Below are positions 54,684 through 64,000 of a DNA stretch of 64,000 nucleotides, one piece after another (position 1 is the stretch's first letter; every line of letters begins with the position of its first letter). Both the position numbers and the translations under genes were made by a program. The stretch comes from Amoebidium appalachense (taxonomy: Eukaryota > Protista > Ichthyosporea): contig CAVNZM010000001.1 in assembly GCA_963693365.1 (NCBI GenBank), positions 14,618,418 through 14,682,417 on the forward strand. Direction: 5' to 3'. Under the pieces are notes generated by a model. That model was not told the DNA's origin. It ran no database searches and worked only from the letters and a program-made list of their open reading frames with translations.

Positions 54684-57531
54684 CCTCTCCCCCCCTCCCC
54701 CGCGCACTGAATCAGCCATCATTCCGGCTCCTCCATTCATCCTTCCCTACATACACAGAGCCAAATTCCACTTTGTGCCAAATTTCGCTTTCGCAAATTC
54801 CACTTTGAGCCAAATTTCGCTTTCGTTTTTTTTAATTAAGGTCTATGCCGGGGTTTCTCGATTATGTCGTAATTTATAATAAATGTGATGTCATTGATGA
54901 TGTCACGAATTTTAAATGACGTCACCGGATCACGGACAGTGTGGACTGGATATGGGCACCACTGGATATGGGCACATCTGGATATGGGCACCTCTGGCGG
55001 TCGACCCGCCCGATCGGGTCGAGTCGGGCCGGGCTTTGACCCGACCCTGATATTCGGGTCAGATTCGGGTCAACCAATCGGATGCGTGCATTTTACTTTT
55101 GGCGCGCTCCCAACTTGGCGCGCTGGCTCTGCCGGCCCATTCTGTAACGTGTACGTTCCGGTTCGTCTTCACTTCTCGTTTCGTATCACTGTGTTTGGTG
55201 CTCTTTTCAAGTTTTCACTGGAGCCAAAAGTTTTTTTTCAAGTTTTCACTGGAGTCAAAAGTTTTTAAGTAACTGTAACACGGGATACGTATGTATACAC
55301 CTTTCACCACCTACTTCTTTTACTTCTTACCTTTTTACCTCTTTATCCTTATTCCTCCTCATTCTCCTCCTGGTTCTCACTGGTGCAGCAGTTAGAATGG
55401 CGTACTTTAAAGCGTCTAATATCAGGTATGAAAAAGCCCAGGAAAAAGCGTTTAAAAAGCGCATGCAAGGGGCTTCCAAAAAGGGTCTCAAGAAGAGCAA
55501 GTCAATAAAGCGCCTTTCTCTGGAAGATAGGCTCGATATCATTAAGCGTGTTCGGGCGGGGCAGTCGCATTCGAAAGTGGGTGAAGCGTATGGTGACAGT
55601 GCGCTTGCGCAAGTTGGCCCCCTAAACCACAGATCGATTAGATCTCCCTAAACCCAAAAGTGCCCGTCCGACCTGGTGCCCATATCCAGTCCACACCGTA
55701 CATTGTGGCTCACCAGCCTATGCTCATGAGGCCCTTGCAAAAATATCCCGAATATCTTTTGATATTCAGGGGGCAATTCGATATATGATATATCTCGTGT
55801 TATTCAGAGATTAGGCAGGATATATCGAATGATATTCAGGGGACGGACCAAAAAATGACTTATCATATAAATCTTTCAGGGCATGATATATCACGGCTTT
55901 ATAAACGGGATATATCCCTTGTTTTCAGTGTAAAAATATGTGATAAACTCAACAAAAAGTTACAGAAAACTCGTAATTCACACTTCCTGCACTACCAAAT
56001 CCTGCCTTTTAGCCTAAAAAGGGCCTAAAAGCGACCAGATTGCTTCGGATTGCTCTTAAATTAACGACCTTGGGATATATGCTCTCTGAATGGATCTCAC
56101 AAAAATAGCGGATATCGAAACAAAATTTCGTTTATTTCCTTATTTGGGTTAAAATCAAGATATTTTTCGCGATATTCAGGGCAAAATATCGGGATATTTC
56201 GATTTGATATTCAGGTCAACGTCGAGATATTTATTTGATATATCCCGTGATGTTCAGGGGCCTTCAAGATATTTTCAAATGATATTCAGGGGCTTGCCGG
56301 GATACTTTTGTGATATTCATGGCAACATTCGATATTTTCGTGATATATCCTGAATGATATTCAGGGCAAAAATCGGGATATTTTTGCAAAGGCCTACAGC
56401 CGAAGCCGATAAAACTGCGAGCACTGATTGGTAATTGCCATATATGAAATGTTCGTTTTAGGAAAGTCCGGACATGGATAAAAAATTACGTCACGATCGA
56501 GAAAGGAGAAAGGCCGACATAGTCGGTAAGTTGGTTTTCTGTGTTCTTCCTCTACTCCGTTTCTCTCCCTCCCTCCCTCTTCCTCCCTTTCTTCACCCCC
56601 CCCCCCCCCCCCCCCCAAAACTCTACAATCGAACCAGCTACTTCCATCGAACCACATTAAACATGCAAGTGCAAAGATTACTTTATGCCCACACACGGAT
56701 GCAATTTACCTTTTTTTCCCCTCACCCTTCTCTCCGCCACCTTTCTAGCACTCTTCTCACTCTAACCATTGCTTCCCTTTCTTTAGACTACCTCCTGCCC
56801 AGAGTGTTTTAAACTTTACTTTGCTCCCCCGCTTCTTCTCCCTTAACCATCACTTTCTTCCATCCCTTTCTCCTCATAGCAAGGGTCAGGCTATAGAATC
56901 CAAGATTTAATGAACAAGGCATGCAATGTAAGCACTACACATACAAGATGCAGCAAAATAAGGGCCATTCCTCCACTCTCGGGGGGTGGGGTGGGGTGGG
57001 GTGGCGGGGGGGGGGGGGGGGGGGGGGGGGCACTACGGGTCACAACAGCAGGACAAGAAACAGGACGCAGGACGCAGGACACATGCAAAAGCAAAGTTTC
57101 CAGTAAATGCAACACCAGCAACGCAGTACGTGCGGTTTAGCAGAACCCATCCTTGGGGGGGAGCCAAGAGAGAGGGCGAGAGAAGGGCTAAGGGGGAAGG
57201 AGGGAGAGAGAGGTGGAGTCCTTGTTTCAAGTTGCCCCCGTTGGACGGGGGGGGGGGGGGGGTACAGTGGCAAGGAAAGAAGTGCAAAGTACACAGGCAT
57301 GACCGGGGGAGCGGAGGGGGGAGGGGGAGGGCGCACAGAGAGAGGGGTGGGGGGGTACCTGAGTTCGGTGAAGCCCTTGACGGAGCTGTTCACTTTGACG
57401 TATATCGTCTGCTCCACGGGGGTGCCCTCCTTCAAGACGGCCCTCTCCGGTGACGTCACCAGAGATATCTTGCCTCCGCCTGGCGGAAACGCGTATTCGA
57501 TGGGCTCCATGCCCGGTCCCGCAATCACCAT
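46407..57531 (-). CDS. Exons of an unidentified protein, possibly the N-terminus of the giant repeat gene
   Basis: Phase-compatible GT-AG exons 57531-57359 (MVIAGPGMEPIEYAFPPGGGKISLV..KGFTELS), 54258-54136 (GQKLRSMVKTARRR..EEPYVLIYR) and 46467-46407 (AEIHLPELNLTKDYVINLTR). Weaker candidates lie at ~48117-48066, ~47781-47704, ~45537-45491 and ~44409-44350. Confidence 0.6.
46568..46696 (-). mobile_element. Diverged short PLE 3' tail
   Basis: Minus strand reads ..CGCTTATGATGCATCCTCTATATGTGTGCTCTGCA..CATTCTAA then a C-run, resembling the tail at 12280-12372. Confidence 0.6.
46730..47377 (-). mobile_element. 5'-truncated PLE copy (modules 3 and 1A plus tail)
   Basis: Essentially identical to 48309-48955; flanked by G-runs on the + strand on both sides. 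Confidence 0.92.
48620..48955 (-). ncRNA. Candidate structured RNA 'module 3' (~335 nt)
   Basis: Many nested stems: AGCTCCC/GGGAGCT, ACCCATGC/GCGTGGGT, ATGTTAC/GTAACAT, CTCGGA/TCCGGG, GGGC/GCCC, AGTAA/TTACT. Copies at 11726-12060 and 47042-47377. Confidence 0.45.
49417..49534 (-). ncRNA. Candidate structured RNA 'module 2', variant 2'
   Basis: GGTCTT/AAGACC, CTGCA/TGCAG, ATCGTTAG/CTGACGAT and TTCTC/GAGAA stems. Copy at 11261-11378; paralog at 49968-50083. Confidence 0.55.
49699..49859 (-). ncRNA. Candidate structured RNA 'module 1', variant B
   Basis: Same architecture as 1A with CCCAAG/CTTGGG, GTCTGAGTT/AACTCAGAC and pseudoknot GACCC/GGGTC. Confidence 0.6.
49968..50083 (-). ncRNA. Candidate structured RNA 'module 2'
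   Basis: GGTCTC/GAGACT, CTGCAGA/TCTGCAG, CGTT/AACG and TTCTCC/GGAGAA stems; diverged paralog of 49417-49534. Confidence 0.55.
50730..53771 (-). CDS. PLE polyprotein: GIY-YIG endonuclease followed by reverse transcriptase
   Basis: NVIY..CYVGET..RFQRH..ERFW..GYN (GIY-YIG); CPC..HGHVLT; MDKASN, KMHK..FRFI, FDFSTLYT, GIPMGTNCAVFLAN, RYIDD, YLDL (PLE-type RT). No stops in 1013 codons. The track start is TTG; the first in-frame ATG is at 53546 (938 aa). Confidence 0.95.
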   Translation of the reverse strand: MAPTVLGSGPFGGGVAPPRETFSTQRHSRQLSRKHVSAFYNAHNTSHAYTNAPRTISWQQLAGPYTNTVLNHTHPMLKRLWRLQLKHSLTKHALHPIHDTNVIYVVFHKTIGRCYVGETSKSAFERFQRHSQNSRKWALFKHKEHNRPLYWDMAKSGHESFIMFPIEQLPRTNADTDKTQRLARERFWTHILQAHVPTTGYNSQYRSHRQSRNRFTRVHNPMLYMRARLALHNTPPPTPPPPSPAPAPAPALNLPPIHPSRMFLSRCFTRRLLHIDSLMSRGIFSSAYLHRFNTSNIVRMKEHLLAFPTGIAQPRLSQIAACLKRELRSRFELERVDMSQPHVMLVSVFHNSGLDRIPLQRIIKDKEIHALLPLEMRKFRISAVWKYVSTLGYTTINCKHTARLPQDTIANIHAQPCPCNDPHYAPYVHPQHGHVLTSRLDIPGLPADFASLMHFGTKFRMQVEQTEDTTCSNLLTQALQSFCNKMYDLGMAAYPSLNPWAAAVFTKCRPFLPYAQHAPNTHTVPQASVLLLRRFQKRFVVTTMDKASNTFVIVCKKHYVSSITAELHAPAATYTVCNTAPKDIVAQHLAFLKTHDIKGTPGRRTARLPTFQAIVKMHKTPPTFRFIANSSATSLEPLSRLLTSVFKFVSPDVERMWCDVVKPHLPHNTSSWILTDSTALTHTINALNRTTRQHENTPVSVFDFSTLYTKIDLHDLKARLTTLIDAIFVKKCTDARKPHMFIKKTGSTLSWVDRVDDDSQDDSFEPKEHSLHLSKAQLVDFLCFLVDNIYVVFGDTLYKQDIGIPMGTNCAVFLANFYLFTYELDFVRKLIAHERIDVLVDFQFTRRYIDDLISLHNPRILSHLYLEDCDFGLYPKTSLQLNPAGSSPSVPYLDLHITCTNHGIHTTIYNKLDTPTFNTLDIVRFPHHDSFISRTAKYGIMTSQMHSYQRKCSTLAAFTTCTARLAKTLLNKGYSFRLLHHKMHSFLATHPHIYRGVHSSHILSIITKKINTP
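54937..55698 (+). mobile_element. Internally deleted pogo/Tigger-like DNA transposon
   Basis: 25-bp TIRs C[A/G]GTGTGGACTGGATATGGGCACCA, TA on the right flank, three CTGGATATGGGCAC repeats at the left end, and a truncated HTH ORF. Confidence 0.8.
55397..55651 (+). pseudogene. Truncated transposase N-terminus (CENP-B/psq-type HTH)
   Basis: KRLSLEDRLDIIKRVRAGQSHSKVGEAYG resembles the pogo/Tigger first HTH; the ORF runs into the right end with no DDE domain. Confidence 0.7.
55729..56395. mobile_element. AT-rich MITE-like element
   Basis: 23-bp TIRs AGGCC[C/T]TTGCAAAAATATCCCGA and multiple internal GATATTCAGG(G) repeats near both ends; non-coding; no clear TSD. Confidence 0.75.
57030..57168 (-). 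mobile_element. Diverged B-type PLE 3' tail
   Basis: CTTGGCTCCC..AGGATGGGTTCTGCT..TTGCTTTTGCATGTGTCCTGC aligns with 10538-10683 and 49584-49731; ends in a C-run. Confidence 0.7.
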
Positions 57532-60500
57532 CTGTCGATCCGAGTAATCATGTGTCAGCATGCGTTAGCCATGTCCTTGTGTAATGGCTTGGGGAAAGAA
57601 AGAGGGGAACGGTTATGAGTGCTTTCGTGGGGAGGGAGAAGAGAGAACTTGTTGATATCTTTCCCTCCCCAGGAAAGATATTAACAAGGACCGAGACCAT
57701 CCGTGCTGCACGTGCAAAGGAGGAGGAAACGGTCTGCCCTGGAGAACTCAGGGGAAGATGGGAGCAAGGAAGAGGGAGAAAGGTCGGGGCCACACAAATT
57801 TGCGGGGGGGGGGGGGGGGGGGGAGGGAGGGAGGAAGGGAGGAATGGGTGGGGGTTGGGGTGATGTTGGTTGGGAGGGTTGGGGGGGGGGGGGGGAGGGG
57901 GGAAACAGAAGTATTGGTGGGAAGAACTGACAGGGGCAGCAAGGAGGAGGGGAAGGATAGAGGGTTGGCTTATCGTATAATATACAGTACGAAACACGAA
58001 GACTCAAACGAAGAAAGAGCCTGACAGGGAAAGGAACACATGAAAGGGAGAGCAACACAAGTGGAGCCAAGGTTATCAGTAAGGTAGTCTGCGGTACGGC
58101 GCACATCGAGTGATGCTAGTCTGTCAGTGTGGCATATCGACAACATCTGGGCCAGGGATGAACGTGTGCTCTGAGATCCACTTAACGTGTGGGACCCAGG
58201 ACTATTGCCCCCGAAAAAAAATACTCTCCTGAAAAGAGAGATAATACGGCTCGCATGACTTCCCCTTAAGATTTACTGTCGCAAAGCTGCCGCAAAATGA
58301 CTGCTGCAGACGTTTCTAGAAAAAGCTGCCTGCATCTTGCGGCAAAGTATGGCCTGATCAGTGAGAGTGCGTGTCATAAGTGTGGTAGGAGGAGGCGGAA
58401 CTTCTTTGTAGCATAGAGTGGATTTGGTGCTAAATGGGGTTTTTGCGCAAATGAATATAGAAAGAGGGGCCGTTGATGTGAGATGTATCGCTTTAAGCTA
58501 ATGGCGCTGAAAACAGCGATTGTACCGCAACTGAAAGGAACGCTTTCTGGCCATGATGTTGGTGAATGGAATCGTGAGACTTGGTGTCACAAACTCAAAC
58601 AATTGCAAAGGACCCGGCAAGGGACCCCGCAGCAGTGGCTAGTCAACTACTCAGAGTCACACTTCCACATCTCCCACCCTATTCCTGGGCTACACTTACA
58701 CACATCCAAAAGCATACCTTTGTCAAATGTATGCGAGGGTCATGCCTCTCGTAGGACATCTTTGACTGATATTGCCCCATGATGCCGGCTTGTAGTGGCC
58801 CAATAAGGGCAGCCGCGGGGAACTACTAAACCTGTGCTAACAGAAAAAAACTGAAACAATTAGAACACAAGACAACTACTTGTGTTTTTTTTGAACAACA
58901 GGGGAAAAAACGAAAAGGGCGCCCCTCCCTTTCCGATTTGTGCTCTCCGAAATCCTCGTATCGAGTTTATTTGAACGCGGCTTGCCACGACATTACCCGT
59001 CATAGCCGTGCGTGATATTTAACGAATCTAAACTCTCATATAGTCTGTTCCGCGGTGTTCCGACTGAACTTCCGAGTCCGACTGACACCGACCAAGTTGG
59101 CCCAGTGTAACCCAGCTCTGCTACTGTCGAATTGAATCCGTGCCATAGTGGTCTATTAAATATATAAATTATATTGTATATATTTTGAATTCGGGCAATA
59201 TTTCTATAACTATGCTTTCTTTTGCTGGTATTGTTGCACGCTAGCTCTAAGCGTAGATATGAGCTCGAGGACATAAATTGTAAGATTGAAGTTCGTTCAC
59301 TGAATGCGCCTATCGGAAATGATGACTAATGTTCTTGATTTCAGCATCCAAATAACCAATAGGAGCTGTCCAAACCGATTGTATATCACAAAGGCCAATA
59401 GGAATCCACCAAGATGACACCAATAGGATTGCCCGAGCGGTGCACCATTCTGATTGGAGGAATATTACAAGCGATGTAAAACGCAAAGGCAGCGGACCAC
59501 GACGGTAGCCAGCCAACCTACTGTACGCAAAATGGTACGGTCCTCTATCGATCAGACCATAAAAAAGACATAAATATGGGTAAACGCTTTCACAGAAGCC
59601 TTGTATTCGTAGCATCAAACATAATATCGCTCACTGTCTTCAACATTCTCTAATGGACACATTCGGAGATGACGCCATGCACAGATAAGCCACCAAGTTG
59701 CTAGAAGCATGCTTCCCCCCCAGATCTAGAAGCATGCAAAATATCCCTGATTCACTGAACCATATATAGGTGATCGTAGGAATTTCCCTTTTTCGTATAT
59801 ATGTATGAACAGGGTGTGATATTATTTGTTTTAGCTAGTCAAGGCAACTTTCACGTCAACCTGGATGGCCCTAATAGAGCCAACACCGGTGTACTTTCTT
59901 ATATCCTTGGCCCTCTTTTAGGGCCAAATTTCCAAAAAAAAAAAATTGATGGACCTAACCTCAAAAAGTTAGGGGCTATTATCGGACTTTCAACTTTCAA
60001 GGAAAATTCATTTTCTGGCCCAGCAGGCTACCCACACGCCAGCCTGCTTCACGGTTTTGTGGCAGCCGCCAACCACCCACGTTCCACTTGAAGACTTGCG
60101 CACACACGCAGACACGTTCCACTTGAAGACTTGCGCACAGACGCAAACCCAAGACTCTCGGCGCTGGCAGTGGGTGTGCACAATGCATAGTCCCGGTGGC
60201 CGTGGTCCTTTATCTCTTCATATAAAGTTTTCAGTTTCCCCGCCACACACCTATCTTGAACGATGTATTTGTGCGTGTGCAAGGTTGACAAGCAGCAGCA
60301 CCCAAGCTCTAGAGCGATATCAGGCCATGGCCAGATGGCCTGAAATGTCACAAGACCATGTCCGTGTGAGTCACCTAGCAAAACCCTCATACACGACAGA
60401 CTGGCCCTTACGTGTTTTGAGTATAAAGCGTGATGCCCCGTGCCTATCAAGGTGGCACAGTTTCCGATGTTTGCTTTCAGCATAATCAGTGTTGTTCGGA

Positions 60501-61043
60501 TCGACTACCGTAGTACGTGAACATGATTTGCACACGTGTCCAAATGTGCATTTGCGTGCTAGAGGATTCATGGATCTTGAAAGGTCTGGAAGTCCATTTC
60601 ATTCTGCACCGAAAATGTCGCCTTCACAGCAACAAGTCAGCATCTTTTCAGATTAGTGCACCTATCCCGCTCGTTATTTGCAGGACTTCGCTTTTGGTAC
60701 CCTCCTATACCCACACAAAAAAAACGTAGAGAGCTAAGTGATGATACCTCTCATCGAATTGGGTGAGCTTTTAAATGTCGCCTTCACAGTCAACGAATTT
60801 CAATGCATCAGTGGCTATCCAACGGCCAACAGCCCAACAGTTCTGCATCTAGTAGCAATCATATGCAGCATCAGCAGCATCGATGACAGTGTCTAGATCT
60901 CGGTGCGTCATAATTATTGACAGACATAATTAGGGCTTTGCTCCTCGTTAATCATCAGACCATTATCTCCTGGCAGGTATGGGTTATGCTGACGGTTTCC
61001 GTCAGGACATAATATTTTTGACGACTAAGGGGCGGAGAAGAGG

Positions 61044-61090
<47 letters not shown>

Positions 61091-61821
61091 AAAGGGGGGA
61101 TCCTGGACCCCATTTCGACGCCTAGCACCGGTTTGGACGTTTTGAACGTTTTGATCGACATCCAGCATGGTGGAAGCATAGCACAATGTTATGTTTGGCT
61201 TATTCGTCACCAGACTGAAAGAACGATGCACACAAATACCTTTGAACATTGGGTGGGGTGGGGTGGTGGTGGTGGTCATGGTGGTGGTGGGGGGGAATGG
61301 TTGTGGCAAAGGGAAATATCCTGAACACAAATAACAAACCATCCAATATGCTTATTGTTACCGCTTATTTCGTTGGCTGCAGGCTTAAAACGGCACCTAC
61401 CAGCAGTTAGTCTTGGCAGAATGCAGGGTGGTGTGTGTAGTATGGCTGCAATCAACCACATGGCACCACCCCTGTAAATAGAAGCAAGAGTTTCTGTGTG
61501 CATGTGTGTTTCTTGGTGTGTATAAGTGTGTCTGTCACGGTGGTATCAAGTGTATGTATATGGTGGGTTTTCTCTCCCTCTCGTTTTTTCACGCCACAGA
61601 CAGGCGGAGGGGCTACCGTATACGTGCTAGTACTACTAGTAAACCAAGATTCAGTCCTTCGTCCTTTGGTCCCTACCTCGCTGATTCTTGAAAAAAATTG
61701 TCTCTTCGGACACCAACTCTCATAATCCAACAGATACACACATGCAGTGGTGATGCACCAAGGAGCCGCCAAGAGTCCACATGAAGCCCATTCTATCAAA
61801 TCAAAATCCACCTGCTTTTCG

Positions 61822-61890
61822 TCACTCGGCCGTCTCCTTACTCCTCACCTGCAGGCAAAAGCCATCAGAACACAGTCCTATTTACCCAAA

Positions 61891-61927
<37 letters not shown>

Positions 61928-62010
61928 CCCTCCACCCCCTCACCCACCCATTCACACAAGCCCCAACACCAACACCACCACCACCACAATCTAGTTCCCC
62001 TTCCCCCCCC

Positions 62011-62048
<38 letters not shown>

Positions 62049-62873
62049 ATGGCCACCCACCCACCCCACCCCACCCCACCCCACCTGGGAGGGTCCCTCC
62101 AAATATTGGTTTGTTGCCCAGCCTTGTCTGATGATTTAACCTGAGTGAAAAAAGCACTTTGTACATGTGGTTTCCTAATGAAGTAGTGTGGGGTCCGTGG
62201 TTGTTTATTAATTCTGAGTGCGTGTACGTGTGTGTGTGTGTGTGAGTGTGTGCGTGCACCCGGGTGCATGCGTGTTTGTGTATTTGCCATTGCACGACAA
62301 GAAGCAGGAGCCCAGAAAGCAAAGGAGGGAGAGGGGAGGGGGGGGTTTACCTTGTGCCTTAGCTCCTCGGTTTTCAGCTTGTGATACTGCACGCCCCAGT
62401 GGTTAGTGTCTACTCGTAGAATAAACCACTAAGCCCCCCCCCCCCCCCCTCCCCCCCCCCCTCCCCCCCCCTCCCCTCCCCCCATCCGTTCCGCTTCCCC
62501 CTCCCAGCCCACGGGTTAGCTTAAGGTCCCTCACTCAGCCGAGTCACAGAAACCAGAAAAAACACTTACAAAGCTAAGTGACAAACAGAACAACGATCTC
62601 AGAACTATGGGTAATTTCCGTCTGGGGGAACCAAAAAAAAAAAAAAAGTGTCGATGGGTATCTGGCTCTCGTGTGGGCACGGAACATGGCCAAATGCTTG
62701 CGGACAAGGACGAGGTGGGGATTGGGGTGCGGTGGAATGGATGTTGTAAAAAAAAACCCCGGGTAGGTGGGTGGATTAGGGGTGAAACAGGCAGGATGGG
62801 GTAATGTGGGTGGATGGTATGTGTGTGGAAGTGGAAGGGGTTGGGGTGGATGGCTTGGGTGGGCTGTGGTGGT

Positions 62874-62906
<33 letters not shown>

Positions 62907-63207
62907 GTTGTTAGGTGCGAAGCTTTTTTATAGCATCATAGAGTTTCGCAGGAAAAAATGATTTGTGGATGTCGAAAGACTTCATGATAAAACCTTTCTT
63001 CCACACCCGGGAACAGAAGGGAAAAAAATGGTGTAAACGGAACCACCAACACAAAGAACGAAGCGAGTACACACACGCACGTGCACACACCTCCGAAGAC
63101 GTCTCCCTGCGCATGGCCTCTCTGATCATCATCGTGGCATAGGACGACGGAGGAAGAGTGAAGTTCATCACAAGTGCACGGTACTCCCCGTCTGTATGTA
63201 CGTGTGT

Positions 63208-63255
<48 letters not shown>

Positions 63256-63372
63256 GGGTAGTAAGAAAGGGTGTGAAATACATAAAGAGTATGGATTGTG
63301 TGAAGAGTGAGTATGCAATAGGCAGAGAGAGATCGTGTGTGTGTGTGGGGGGGGGGGGGGGGGGGGGGGGGT

Positions 63373-63446
<74 letters not shown>

Positions 63447-63787
63447 GGTATTGGTGGTGGTGGTGGAGGGGAAGGAGGGTTGGGGGGGGGGGGGGGGGGG
63501 GGGGGGGGGCTGGCGAGTGTGACAACAACTGCCACATCAGCGGGGCGGAGGACCTTCGGGCAGGAGTGGGAGAGGGGAAGTGGGTATGTGGGTGAGTGTG
63601 TGTGTGGGGGGGGGGGGGGGGGGGGGGTTGGCAACTTCTTCTTTGGGGAGTGAGTAATGGGGGGAAGGGGGTGGCCGGGGAGAAGAGGATGAGCTTAAAA
63701 AGGCAATTGAATGAGCCGACATGCAGGGAGAGGGCCTGGACGTGAGGCAGGGCAGGCACGGGGCAAGGCGGGACCCGCGGGGGGGAA

Positions 63788-63837
<50 letters not shown>

Positions 63838-63938
63838 CTTGCTGACCTTCAGGGAGTGTAGGTGGAGGGTTGCCCTTTGCCTTTTCCAAGTCCGACTGCA
63901 CGAGTGTCTGCTCGTTGTTGCTGTAGTGAAACTGCTTC
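61822..63938 (-). CDS. PUS7: TruD-family pseudouridine synthase, 3' exons (gene continues beyond window)
   Basis: Phase-compatible exons 63938-63847 (KQFHYSNNEQTLVQSDLEKAKGNPPPTLPE), 63191-63091 (GEYRALVMNFTLPPSSYATMMIREAMRRETS, the PUS7 C-terminal motif), 62386-62351 and 61848-61822 (stop). Confidence 0.85.
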
Positions 63939-64000
63939 CTGCGTGATCATATGGACGGTGGGTTGTCAATTGGCGTGTTTGTGTACGTGTACGTGTACGT

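Overview
Eukaryotic genomic window with introns rich in (CA)n/(TG)n and poly-C/poly-G. (1) A + strand, 14-exon type II phosphatidylserine decarboxylase gene (C2 tail, two EF-hands, GGST motif; ~901-13162). (2) A - strand ~25.5-kb exon encoding a ~8,490-aa AHNAK-like protein of 9-aa repeats, split by one 1-bp frameshift at ~31130; it is possibly spliced to upstream exons at 46-57.5 kb. (3) An intact Penelope-like retroelement with an N-terminal GIY-YIG endonuclease and RT (Naiad/Chlamys-type, 48309-54020, -), plus truncated copies and short 3' tails, mostly inserted in C-runs. (4) A pogo/Tigger deletion derivative and a MITE. (5) The 3' exons of PUS7/TruD. The most novel signal is the 2.4-kb 3' region of the retroelement. 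I found no canonical hammerhead there; it is a shuffled array of diverged RNA modules, two of which show compensatory base changes and one a pseudoknot. These are candidate undescribed ribozymes or RT-recognition RNAs. All gene models, alignments and folds were read by eye.
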